Shown piece by piece: positions 55,110 to 62,621 of a stretch of DNA of 64,000 nt. The stretch's first letter is position 1. Every line of letters starts with the position of its first letter. The translations under genes and the position numbers were made by a program. Under the pieces are notes generated by a model, which was not told the DNA's origin, made no database searches, and worked only from the letters and a program-made list of their open reading frames with translations. Origin of the DNA: Burkholderiales bacterium (GTDB lineage: Bacteria > Pseudomonadota > Gammaproteobacteria > Burkholderiales > SG8-39); NCBI GenBank assembly GCA_036262835.1, contig DATAID010000104.1, positions 19,008 through 83,007 of the forward strand, written 5' to 3'.

Positions 55110-56231
55110 GTGATCGAACCCGAAGAGCGGCTGGACGAAGCGCTGCGCGCGGCGCGCGCGCTCGAGCGCGACCAGCACCGTCGGCGGCGCTGGGTTTTCG
55201 GCACCGCCGGCAGCTACGCGGTCGACACCGCGTTTCTCGCCCTGTTTGCGCTGGTCGGGACGATTCACGCCACCGTGCCGGTCGCTTACGGAACCGGTGC
55301 CGTGCTGATCTGCGTCGCGCAATATGCGCTTATCGCGCGCGGCTGGAACCTGCGCGCCCGCGATCCCAATCTGACCGAGATTTTCATCATGCTCGGGATC
55401 GCGATGAACCTCGGCGTGGTGGCCGCCGCGCCGCAGATCGCGTTTCCGTTCCTCGCCAACCAGTTCACCGTGTTCGCCTTCGGCATGATGTGGCTCTCGC
55501 TGCGCGACTCGATCGTGGTCTGGACGCTCGGGGCGATCGCGTTCGGCGCCGTGCTGCTCGCCAATGGCGGCACGATGGGCGTGCCCTCGGCGACGCGCTA
55601 CGAAGCGTTCCTGACCTGGGCCTACTTCGCCGTGGTGATGGGGCGATGCCTGGTGCTCAGCGTCTACGCCGCCGAGATGCGCGCCCGCCTGGCCGAGAGC
55701 CGGCGGCGCCTCGCGGCCTCCTACGAGCAGGCCAAGGTGCTCGCGAGCCATGACGAGCTGACGCACGCGCTCAACCGCCGCTCGCTCATGGCCGCGCTCG
55801 AGCGCGAGCGCAACAGGGCCGAGCGCAGCAGCCAGCCTTTCAGCGTCGCGATCCTGGACCTCGACCACTTCAAGTCGGTGAACGACACGCTCGGCCACGC
55901 CGCCGGCGACGCGGTGCTGAAGGAGTTCGCGCGCGTCGCCGGCGAGACCAAGCGCACGACCGACGTGTTCGGCCGCTTCGGCGGCGAGGAATTCCTCCTC
56001 ATCCTGGTGGACATCGACTGCTCGCACGGGCTGCAGGCGACCGAGCGGGTGCGCATGGCGGTCGAGGCGATCGACTGGAGCACCACGGCGCCCGGGCTCA
56101 AGGTCACCGTGTCGGCGGGCGTCGCCTGCTACCGCAAGGGTGAGACGATCGAGCAGCTGCTGCATCGCGCCGACACCGCGCTCTATGAGGCGAAGCGCGC
56201 CGGCCGCAATCAGGTCAAGGCTGAGCAATGA
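55110..56231 (+). CDS. Membrane-anchored diguanylate cyclase (GGDEF domain with I-site)
   Basis: GTG start. About 6 N-terminal TM helices. GGDEF domain with an RTTD-x5-GGEEF arrangement, giving both an active site and an RxxD I-site. Confidence 0.85.
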   Translation: MIEPEERLDEALRAARALERDQHRRRRWVFGTAGSYAVDTAFLALFALVGTIHATVPVAYGTGAVLICVAQYALIARGWNLRARDPNLTEIFIMLGIAMNLGVVAAAPQIAFPFLANQFTVFAFGMMWLSLRDSIVVWTLGAIAFGAVLLANGGTMGVPSATRYEAFLTWAYFAVVMGRCLVLSVYAAEMRARLAESRRRLAASYEQAKVLASHDELTHALNRRSLMAALERERNRAERSSQPFSVAILDLDHFKSVNDTLGHAAGDAVLKEFARVAGETKRTTDVFGRFGGEEFLLILVDIDCSHGLQATERVRMAVEAIDWSTTAPGLKVTVSAGVACYRKGETIEQLLHRADTALYEAKRAGRNQVKAEQ

Positions 56232-56263
56232 AGCACGTCGTCATCGGACGGAAGGTCGATCGC

Positions 56264-57229
56264 ATGAAGCGGCGTGCAATCGTGCTGTGCATGGCTGCTT
56301 TCGCCACCGGGACCGCGAATGGGCAAGCCTCGAGGCATTGGCGTATCGGTGTCCTGAGGCCCGGACCCAAGGATGCCGTGTTTCAACAAAACTTCGATCC
56401 CTTCGTGTCGGCGCTGCGCGGGCTCATGTCCGCCCGGGATATCTCGATGGAGTATCGGGTCCGGCCGGCTGGGAGCGAGGAAATGCTCGCAATGGCGAAC
56501 GAGTTGGTGCAAGCCAAAGTGGATGCGATCGTGGCGATCGCGACAGGCGGTGTCACGGCGGCCGCGAAAGCCACCCGCGAGCTTCCGATCGTTGCCATCG
56601 ACCTGGAGACCGATCCGGTCGGTCAGAAATTTGCCGCGTCCCTCGCCCGTCCTGGCGGAAATATCACGGGCGTATTTCTCGATTTCCCCGAGCTGAGCGG
56701 GAAATGGATCCAGCTGCTCAAGGAAGCGATGCCTGCGCTGGAGCGTGTCGCCGTCCTGTCGGACGCGGCGAGCGGCCCTTACCTGCTGCAGGGGGCCCTG
56801 GCGGCCGGGGCGGCGATGCGGATGCAGATGCAACAACTGGAGGCGCGCGGCCCGGCCCAGTTTGCCGCCGCGTTCGAGGCGGCGGCGAAGCAGAAGTCGC
56901 AGGCGCTCCTCGTCCTGTCATCGCCCGTGTTCAATTCCGCCCGGAAGTCGATTGCGGATCTGGCGCTAAAACATCAGCTGCCGACGGTCATGCCCTTTCC
57001 CCAGTTTGCTGACGACGGTGGCCTCATGGCGTACGGTCCTCATCTCACGGACTTGTTCAGGCAGGCGGCCGGCATCATGGCGAAAATCCTCAAAGGTGAA
57101 AGTCCGGGACGCATCGCCATCGAGCGGCCAATAAAGTTCGAGTTCGTCATCAACCTGACCACGGCCGGCGCGCTCGGACTGAGGATTCCGCACTCGCTGA
57201 TGGTTCGAGCCGACCGGGTGGTCGAATAG
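56264..57229 (+). CDS. Orphan ABC-type periplasmic substrate-binding protein (PF04392-like)
   Basis: MKRRAIVLCMAAFATGTANG signal peptide. The pattern RIGVL...VDAIVAI...PIVA...ARPGGNITG matches my recollection of that family. An alternative ATG at 56228 overlaps the GGDEF stop (ATGA). Confidence 0.7.
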   Translation: MKRRAIVLCMAAFATGTANGQASRHWRIGVLRPGPKDAVFQQNFDPFVSALRGLMSARDISMEYRVRPAGSEEMLAMANELVQAKVDAIVAIATGGVTAAAKATRELPIVAIDLETDPVGQKFAASLARPGGNITGVFLDFPELSGKWIQLLKEAMPALERVAVLSDAASGPYLLQGALAAGAAMRMQMQQLEARGPAQFAAAFEAAAKQKSQALLVLSSPVFNSARKSIADLALKHQLPTVMPFPQFADDGGLMAYGPHLTDLFRQAAGIMAKILKGESPGRIAIERPIKFEFVINLTTAGALGLRIPHSLMVRADRVVE

Positions 57230-57301
57230 GCGCTCGTGCCGGGCGGTGCCGCTCAAGAGGCTGGCTACCATGAAGCGCTTTCGTTTGAGGATAATCGCGA
57301 G

Positions 57302-57856
57302 GTGAAGAGACTGTCGGCAACGCGCGTGTCGCGCTTCTTGCTTCTCGTTGTTTGTCTGCTGCCGGGTCCAGGGCGTGCCGACCTGTACCGTTGGGTCGAT
57401 CCGGAAACCGGCTCGGTGAAGTTCTCGAGCTACCCGCCGCCCTGGTACGGCGACGCGGAAAAGGGGAAACGCGCGCCCAAGGTCGAGCACATTCCCGAGC
57501 GCGGCGCCTCCGCCACGCCCGGCACGCCCGTGAACGTGCCGGGTCCGACCGGCCTGCCGGCGGGAGCCGGCGCGCCGGCCGCTTCGGCCGCGCCGCAGGC
57601 CGCTTCACTGGATGTGCTCGAGCAGCAAAGGAAGCGCCTCATTCTCGAGCTGGCCGCGCCCCCGGCACAGCAGGACCCGGCGGCAGGCGGCGCGGCCCTC
57701 AAGAAGCAGCTCGAAACCTTCGCCGCAGTGAACACGCAGCTCGACCGGATCGATCCCGGCGGCGCGGAAAAACGCCGCGCCGAGGCGCAGCCGGTGCTCG
57801 AGAAGCTGGTGGAGCGCCTGAGCGCGCAGCCCAGGCCCGCGCCCGGCATCCGTTAA
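57302..57856 (+). CDS. DUF4124-domain exported protein
   Basis: A GTG start is inferred. The signal peptide is followed by LYRWVDPETGSVKFSSYPPPW (DUF4124 signature), an Ala/Pro-rich linker and a coiled C-terminus. Confidence 0.6.
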   Translation: MKRLSATRVSRFLLLVVCLLPGPGRADLYRWVDPETGSVKFSSYPPPWYGDAEKGKRAPKVEHIPERGASATPGTPVNVPGPTGLPAGAGAPAASAAPQAASLDVLEQQRKRLILELAAPPAQQDPAAGGAALKKQLETFAAVNTQLDRIDPGGAEKRRAEAQPVLEKLVERLSAQPRPAPGIR

Positions 57857-57866
57857 GCACGCGCGA

Positions 57867-58760
57867 ATGGCCATCCGCCACGAAAAGGTGCAGGGCGATG
57901 GCGTCCAGCTGCACTGCGCCGTCGCCGAAGAAGCGCGCGCGGACGCCGGCCGGCCGCTCATTCTTTTCCTGCACGGCTTTCCCGAGTTTTGGGCCGCATG
58001 GCGAGTGCCGCTCGAGTACTTCGCCGCGCGCGGCTGGCGCGCGGTGGCGCCCGATTTGCGCGGCTACAACCTCTCCGAGAAGCCGGCTGCCGTAGAGGCG
58101 TACAAGGCGAAGCACCTCGTCGCCGACGTGCTCGCGCTCGCCGGGCACTACTCGCCCGGAAAAAAATTCGTCCTCGTCGGCCACGACTGGGGCGGCGCGG
58201 TGGCGTGGAGCGTCGCGATCTCGCAGGGACAGCGCCTCTCGCGCCTCGTCATGATCAATTCGCCGCATCCCTACACGTTCTGGCGCGAGCTCACGCGCAA
58301 TCCCGCGCAGCAGAAGGCGAGCGAATACATGAACCTCTTTCGCCTGCCGAAGGCCGAGCGCGTGCTCTCGGAAAACGGCTACGCGCGCCTGCTCGGCAGC
58401 TTCGCGCATCTGCCGGAGAGCTGGCGAAAAGAGCTGGTCGCGGCCTGGGCGCAACCGGGCGCGCTCACGGGCGGCCTCAACTTCTACCGCGCTTCGCCCC
58501 TGTACCCGCCGACGGCGGACGATTTGGGGGCGGCGAAACTCAAGCTCGAGCCGAAGGACTTCACCGTCCGCGTGCCGACGCTCATTCTCTGGGGCGAGCG
58601 CGATACCGCGCTCCTGCCCGGCTGCATCGAGGGGCTCGAGGCGTGCGTCCCGGATCTCAAGCTCGTGCGCGTGCCCGAGGCCTCGCACTGGATCGTGCAC
58701 GAGCAGCCGGACCTGGTATGCCGTGAAATGGAAAGGTTCGTTTCGTCCGGGAGCACTTAG
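57867..58760 (+). CDS. Alpha/beta hydrolase of the epoxide hydrolase type
   Basis: HGFPE oxyanion motif (HGxP), a GHDWGG nucleophile elbow with Asp, and a C-terminal ASHW histidine. Confidence 0.8.
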   Translation: MAIRHEKVQGDGVQLHCAVAEEARADAGRPLILFLHGFPEFWAAWRVPLEYFAARGWRAVAPDLRGYNLSEKPAAVEAYKAKHLVADVLALAGHYSPGKKFVLVGHDWGGAVAWSVAISQGQRLSRLVMINSPHPYTFWRELTRNPAQQKASEYMNLFRLPKAERVLSENGYARLLGSFAHLPESWRKELVAAWAQPGALTGGLNFYRASPLYPPTADDLGAAKLKLEPKDFTVRVPTLILWGERDTALLPGCIEGLEACVPDLKLVRVPEASHWIVHEQPDLVCREMERFVSSGST

Positions 58761-58770
58761 AATCCATTCC

Positions 58771-59229
58771 ATGAGCAAATCCGACGTCAAAATCCGGGAC
58801 CTCGAGTCCAGGGTCGGCCAGGAAATCGGCGTATCGCCCTGGCTGGAGATCGCCCAGGACCGGATCGACCTCTTCGCCAAGGCCACCGAGGATTTCCAGT
58901 GGATCCACGTCGATCGCGAGAAGGCGAAAAGCTCGCCCTTCGGCGGCACCATCGCGCACGGCTTTCTCACGCTCTCGATGCTGCCGAAGCTGGTTGAATC
59001 GACCTTCGAATTCTCCGACCGCAAGATGGGCGTCAACTATGGCCTGAACAAAGTGCGCTTCACGGCGCCGGTGCCCGCGGGCGCGAAGATCCGCGGCCGC
59101 TTCACGCTCGCCAAGTACGAGAAAATCGACGGCAACGGAGTGCAGACGACCTGGAGCGTGGTGATGGAGCGCGAAGGCGGGGATAAGCCCGTGTGCGTCG
59201 CCGAGACGATCAGCCGGCATTACTTCTAA
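58771..59229 (+). CDS. MaoC-family (R)-specific enoyl-CoA hydratase/dehydratase
   Basis: Start MSKSDVKIRDL. The hotdog-fold hydratase motif reads FQWIHVDREKAKSSPFGGTIAHGFLT. Confidence 0.85.
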   Translation: MSKSDVKIRDLESRVGQEIGVSPWLEIAQDRIDLFAKATEDFQWIHVDREKAKSSPFGGTIAHGFLTLSMLPKLVESTFEFSDRKMGVNYGLNKVRFTAPVPAGAKIRGRFTLAKYEKIDGNGVQTTWSVVMEREGGDKPVCVAETISRHYF

Positions 59230-59232
59230 AAC

Positions 59233-60270
59233 ATGAGATGGAAAAATAAACCCCCAGGCTCAAACTGGGGCGAATTCGGCCCGGACGACCAGCGCGGGCG
59301 GATGAACTACGTCACCCGCGAGAAAGTCCTCCAGGGCGTGGCCGAGGTGAAGGAGGGCCTGACCTTCGTTCTCTCGCTCCCCCTCGACTATCCCGGCGGC
59401 AATGCGCTGAATCCCCGCCGCCACCCGCCGCGCATCGCCGCGACGCATCGCAACGGCAAGCAGAACTTCGCCTACGAGGTGCGGCAGGACAACCCGATGC
59501 AGACCGATGTGGTCTGCGACGACCTCGTGCTGCTCACGCTGCAGTACTCGACGCAATGGGATTCGTTCGCGCACGTCGGCGCGCTCTTCGACGCCGACGG
59601 CGACGGCAAGGCGGAGCCCGTGTTCTACAACGGCTTTCGCGCCGGCGTCGACGTGGTCCCGGCGAAAGAAAATTCGAAAGCGGAGGAGTGGGCGCGCTTC
59701 GAGGGCACGCAGGCGAAGGCCCTGGGCATCCAGAACCTCGCCGAGCACGGCGCGCAGGGGCGCGGCGTGATGATCGACCTGCACGCGCACTATGGAAGGA
59801 AGCGCGAGGCGATCGGCTACGACGCGCTCATGAAAGTCCTGGAGAAGGACAAAGTCGCGGTGGAGCGCGGCGACATCGTCTGCATCCACACGGGCTTCGC
59901 AGAGCTGGTCCTGGAGCTCAAGCGCAATCCCGATCCCCAGCTCCTGCACCACACCTGCACGGGCCTCGACGGCCGCGACGACAAGCTCCTTCAGTGGATC
60001 AGCGACTCGGGCCTCTCCGTCCTCGCGGGCGACAACTACGCGGTCGAGCTCTTTTCCACCACGCCGTGGAAGGCCGAGACGCACGCGATGCTGCCGCTGC
60101 ACCAGCACTGCCTCTTCAAGAACGGCATCCATCTGGGCGAGCTGTGGTATTTCACGCCGCTCGCCAAGTGGCTGCGCGAGCACAAGCGCAGCCGTTTCCT
60201 CCTCACGGCACCGCCGCTGCGCCTGCCAGGCGCGGTCGGCTCGCCCGCAACCCCGGTGGCCACGGTATGA
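59233..60270 (+). CDS. Putative cyclase-family (kynurenine formamidase-like) hydrolase
   Basis: 345 aa. The N-terminus GPDDQRGRMNYVT... and the QWDSFAHVG region resemble the PF04199 cyclase family. The assignment is from pattern memory only. Confidence 0.6.
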   Translation: MRWKNKPPGSNWGEFGPDDQRGRMNYVTREKVLQGVAEVKEGLTFVLSLPLDYPGGNALNPRRHPPRIAATHRNGKQNFAYEVRQDNPMQTDVVCDDLVLLTLQYSTQWDSFAHVGALFDADGDGKAEPVFYNGFRAGVDVVPAKENSKAEEWARFEGTQAKALGIQNLAEHGAQGRGVMIDLHAHYGRKREAIGYDALMKVLEKDKVAVERGDIVCIHTGFAELVLELKRNPDPQLLHHTCTGLDGRDDKLLQWISDSGLSVLAGDNYAVELFSTTPWKAETHAMLPLHQHCLFKNGIHLGELWYFTPLAKWLREHKRSRFLLTAPPLRLPGAVGSPATPVATV

Positions 60271-61019
60271 GCAAAAAAGTCGCGATCGTCACAGGCTCCG
60301 CGTCCGGCATCGGCGCAGCCTCCGCCCTCGAGCTCTCGAAGCGGGGCTGGAGCGTCGTCATCAACTATTCCAAAAGCGCGGACGAAGCGAAGAAGGTCGC
60401 CGCCAAATGCAAGGACGCCATCGTCGTGCAGGCCGACGTCGGCGAGGACGCCGAGTGCAAGAAGCTCGTCAAAGCCGCGATCGACAAGTGGGGGCGCCTG
60501 GATGCGCTCGTCAACAACGCGGGCACGACCAAGTTCGTGAAGCACTCGGACCTGGACGGGCTTTCGGCGGACGATTTCCTGCGCATCTACCGCCTGAACG
60601 TGGTCGGGCCGTTCCAGATGGTGCGCGCGGCGAGCGCGGCGCTGAAAGCCGCCAAGGGCTCGATCGTCAACGTGTCCTCGGTCGCCTCGCAGCTCGGCAC
60701 CGGGTCGTCGGTCGCCTATGCCGCCTCCAAGGCGGCGCTGAATGCCATGACTTTCTCGCTCGCGCGCTCGCTCGGGCCGGAAGTGCGCGTCAACGCGGTG
60801 CTGCCGGGCTACGTGGACACGCCCTGGCAGTGGAATGCGCTCGGCAACGAGGGCGCAGCCAAGCTCGCCCAGCACTACGCGGGCATGGTGCCGCTCAAGG
60901 ACTTCGCGCGCCCCGAGGACGTGGCGGACGCCATCGTCTGGCTGATCGAAGGCGCGCGCCAGGTGACCGGAGAGACGATCTACATCGACGGCGGGATGCA
61001 CATCACGCCGCCGCGCTGA
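60267..61019 (+). CDS. Short-chain dehydrogenase/reductase
   Basis: The ATG overlaps the upstream stop (ATGA). KKVAIVTGSASGIGAA Rossmann motif, NNAG, and a YAASKAA catalytic Y-x3-K. Confidence 0.9.
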   Translation: MSKKVAIVTGSASGIGAASALELSKRGWSVVINYSKSADEAKKVAAKCKDAIVVQADVGEDAECKKLVKAAIDKWGRLDALVNNAGTTKFVKHSDLDGLSADDFLRIYRLNVVGPFQMVRAASAALKAAKGSIVNVSSVASQLGTGSSVAYAASKAALNAMTFSLARSLGPEVRVNAVLPGYVDTPWQWNALGNEGAAKLAQHYAGMVPLKDFARPEDVADAIVWLIEGARQVTGETIYIDGGMHITPPR

Positions 61020-61021
61020 GC

Positions 61022-62602
61022 GTGCAGGCCTACGACTACATCGTCGTCGGCGCGGGCTCGGCCGGCTGCGTGCTCGCCAACCGCCTCAGCGCCGATCCTT
61101 CGGTCCGCGTCCTGCTCCTTGAAGCGGGGCCGCGCGACACCGATCCCTGGATCCACATTCCGCTCGGCTACGGCAAGCTCTTTAACCGGCGCGACGTCAA
61201 CTGGGCCTACGAGTCGGAGCCCGAGCCGACGCTGAACGGCCGGCGCATGTTCACCCCGCGCGGCAAGGTGCTCGGCGGCTCCTCTTCGATCAATGGACTG
61301 GTCTACATCCGCGGCCAGCCCGAGGACTACGACGGCTGGGAAGTGCCGGGATGGTCCTACGCGGAGCTCCTGCCCTACTTCATCAAGTGCCAGAACCAGC
61401 AGCGCGGCGCCAGCAGCCTGCACGGCGCGGGCGGGCCGATCGGCGTCTCGGACATGGAGCGCCACGAGCTCGCCGACGCGTTCGTCGAGTCGGCGGCCGC
61501 GTGCGGCATCCCGCGCAACACCGATTTCAACGGCGAAGTCCAGGAAGGCACGGGTTACTACCAGTGCACGACCTGGAACGGCCGGCGCTCGAGCACCGCG
61601 GTCGGCTACCTGCGCGAAGCCGAGAAGCGGCCGAATCTCACTGTTTTGACTTCCGCACTTACCCTGAAGGTCTTCTTCAACGGACGAAAAGCGGAAGGCG
61701 TCGAGTACCGAAAAGACGAACGGACTGAAACCGCAAAGGCAAAGCGGGAAGTCATTCTCTGCGGCGGCGCGATCAACTCGCCGCAGCTCCTGCAGCTCTC
61801 CGGCGTCGGGCCGGGCGCGCTCTTGCAGCAGCACGGCATTCCGGTCGTTCATGACGCGCCTGAAGTGGGCGAGGGGCTGCAGGATCACTTCTACGGGCGC
61901 ACGTTCTGGCGCTGCAACCGGCCGATCACGCTGAACGACGACATGGCGAGCCTCTTTCGCCAGGCGAAGATCGGCCTGCAGTGGTTTTTGTTTCGTCGCG
62001 GGCCGCTCACGATCGCGGCGGGCTATTCCGCGGCGTTCATTCGCACGCGTCCCGAGCTCAAGCGTCCCGACGCGCAGATCTACTTCATCAATTTCTCGAC
62101 CGCCAAGCGCGGCGGCATCCTGCACCCGTTTTCCGGCTTCACGCTCTCGATCTCGCAGCTGCAGGTCGAGTCGCGCGGCTCGGTGCACCTCAAGTCGGCC
62201 GACCCCGCGGCGCCGCCCGCGATCCGCTACAACTACTTGGCGACCGAGAACGACCGGCGCGTGATGGTCGACGGCATCCGCTGGATCCGCCGCATCGCCG
62301 CCGCGAAGCCGCTCGCCGACTACATCGCGGCCGAGGAATTTCCCGGCCCCAAGGTGCAGACCGACGCGGAGCTCCTCGAGTTTTGCCGCAACAACGGCGA
62401 CACGGTCTTCCACCCCACCTCGACCTGCCGCATGGGGACCGACGAGCGCTCGGTCGTCGACTCGCACCTGCGCGTGCGCGGCCTCGAGCGCCTGCGCGTC
62501 GTCGATGCCTCGGTCATGCCGGCGGTCGTGTCGGGCAACACCAACGCTGCCGTCATCGCCATCGCGGAAAAAGCCGCCGACCTGATCGCCAATCCCCGAT
62601 AA
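61022..62602 (+). CDS. GMC-family FAD oxidoreductase (choline/alcohol dehydrogenase-like)
   Basis: A GTG start lies 2 nt after the upstream stop. Motifs YDYIVVGAGSAGCVLANRLS, GGSSSINGLVY and a C-terminal HPTSTCRMG. Confidence 0.9.
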   Translation: MQAYDYIVVGAGSAGCVLANRLSADPSVRVLLLEAGPRDTDPWIHIPLGYGKLFNRRDVNWAYESEPEPTLNGRRMFTPRGKVLGGSSSINGLVYIRGQPEDYDGWEVPGWSYAELLPYFIKCQNQQRGASSLHGAGGPIGVSDMERHELADAFVESAAACGIPRNTDFNGEVQEGTGYYQCTTWNGRRSSTAVGYLREAEKRPNLTVLTSALTLKVFFNGRKAEGVEYRKDERTETAKAKREVILCGGAINSPQLLQLSGVGPGALLQQHGIPVVHDAPEVGEGLQDHFYGRTFWRCNRPITLNDDMASLFRQAKIGLQWFLFRRGPLTIAAGYSAAFIRTRPELKRPDAQIYFINFSTAKRGGILHPFSGFTLSISQLQVESRGSVHLKSADPAAPPAIRYNYLATENDRRVMVDGIRWIRRIAAAKPLADYIAAEEFPGPKVQTDAELLEFCRNNGDTVFHPTSTCRMGTDERSVVDSHLRVRGLERLRVVDASVMPAVVSGNTNAAVIAIAEKAADLIANPR

Positions 62603-62621
62603 TCCCGCCTACCCCAAGGGG

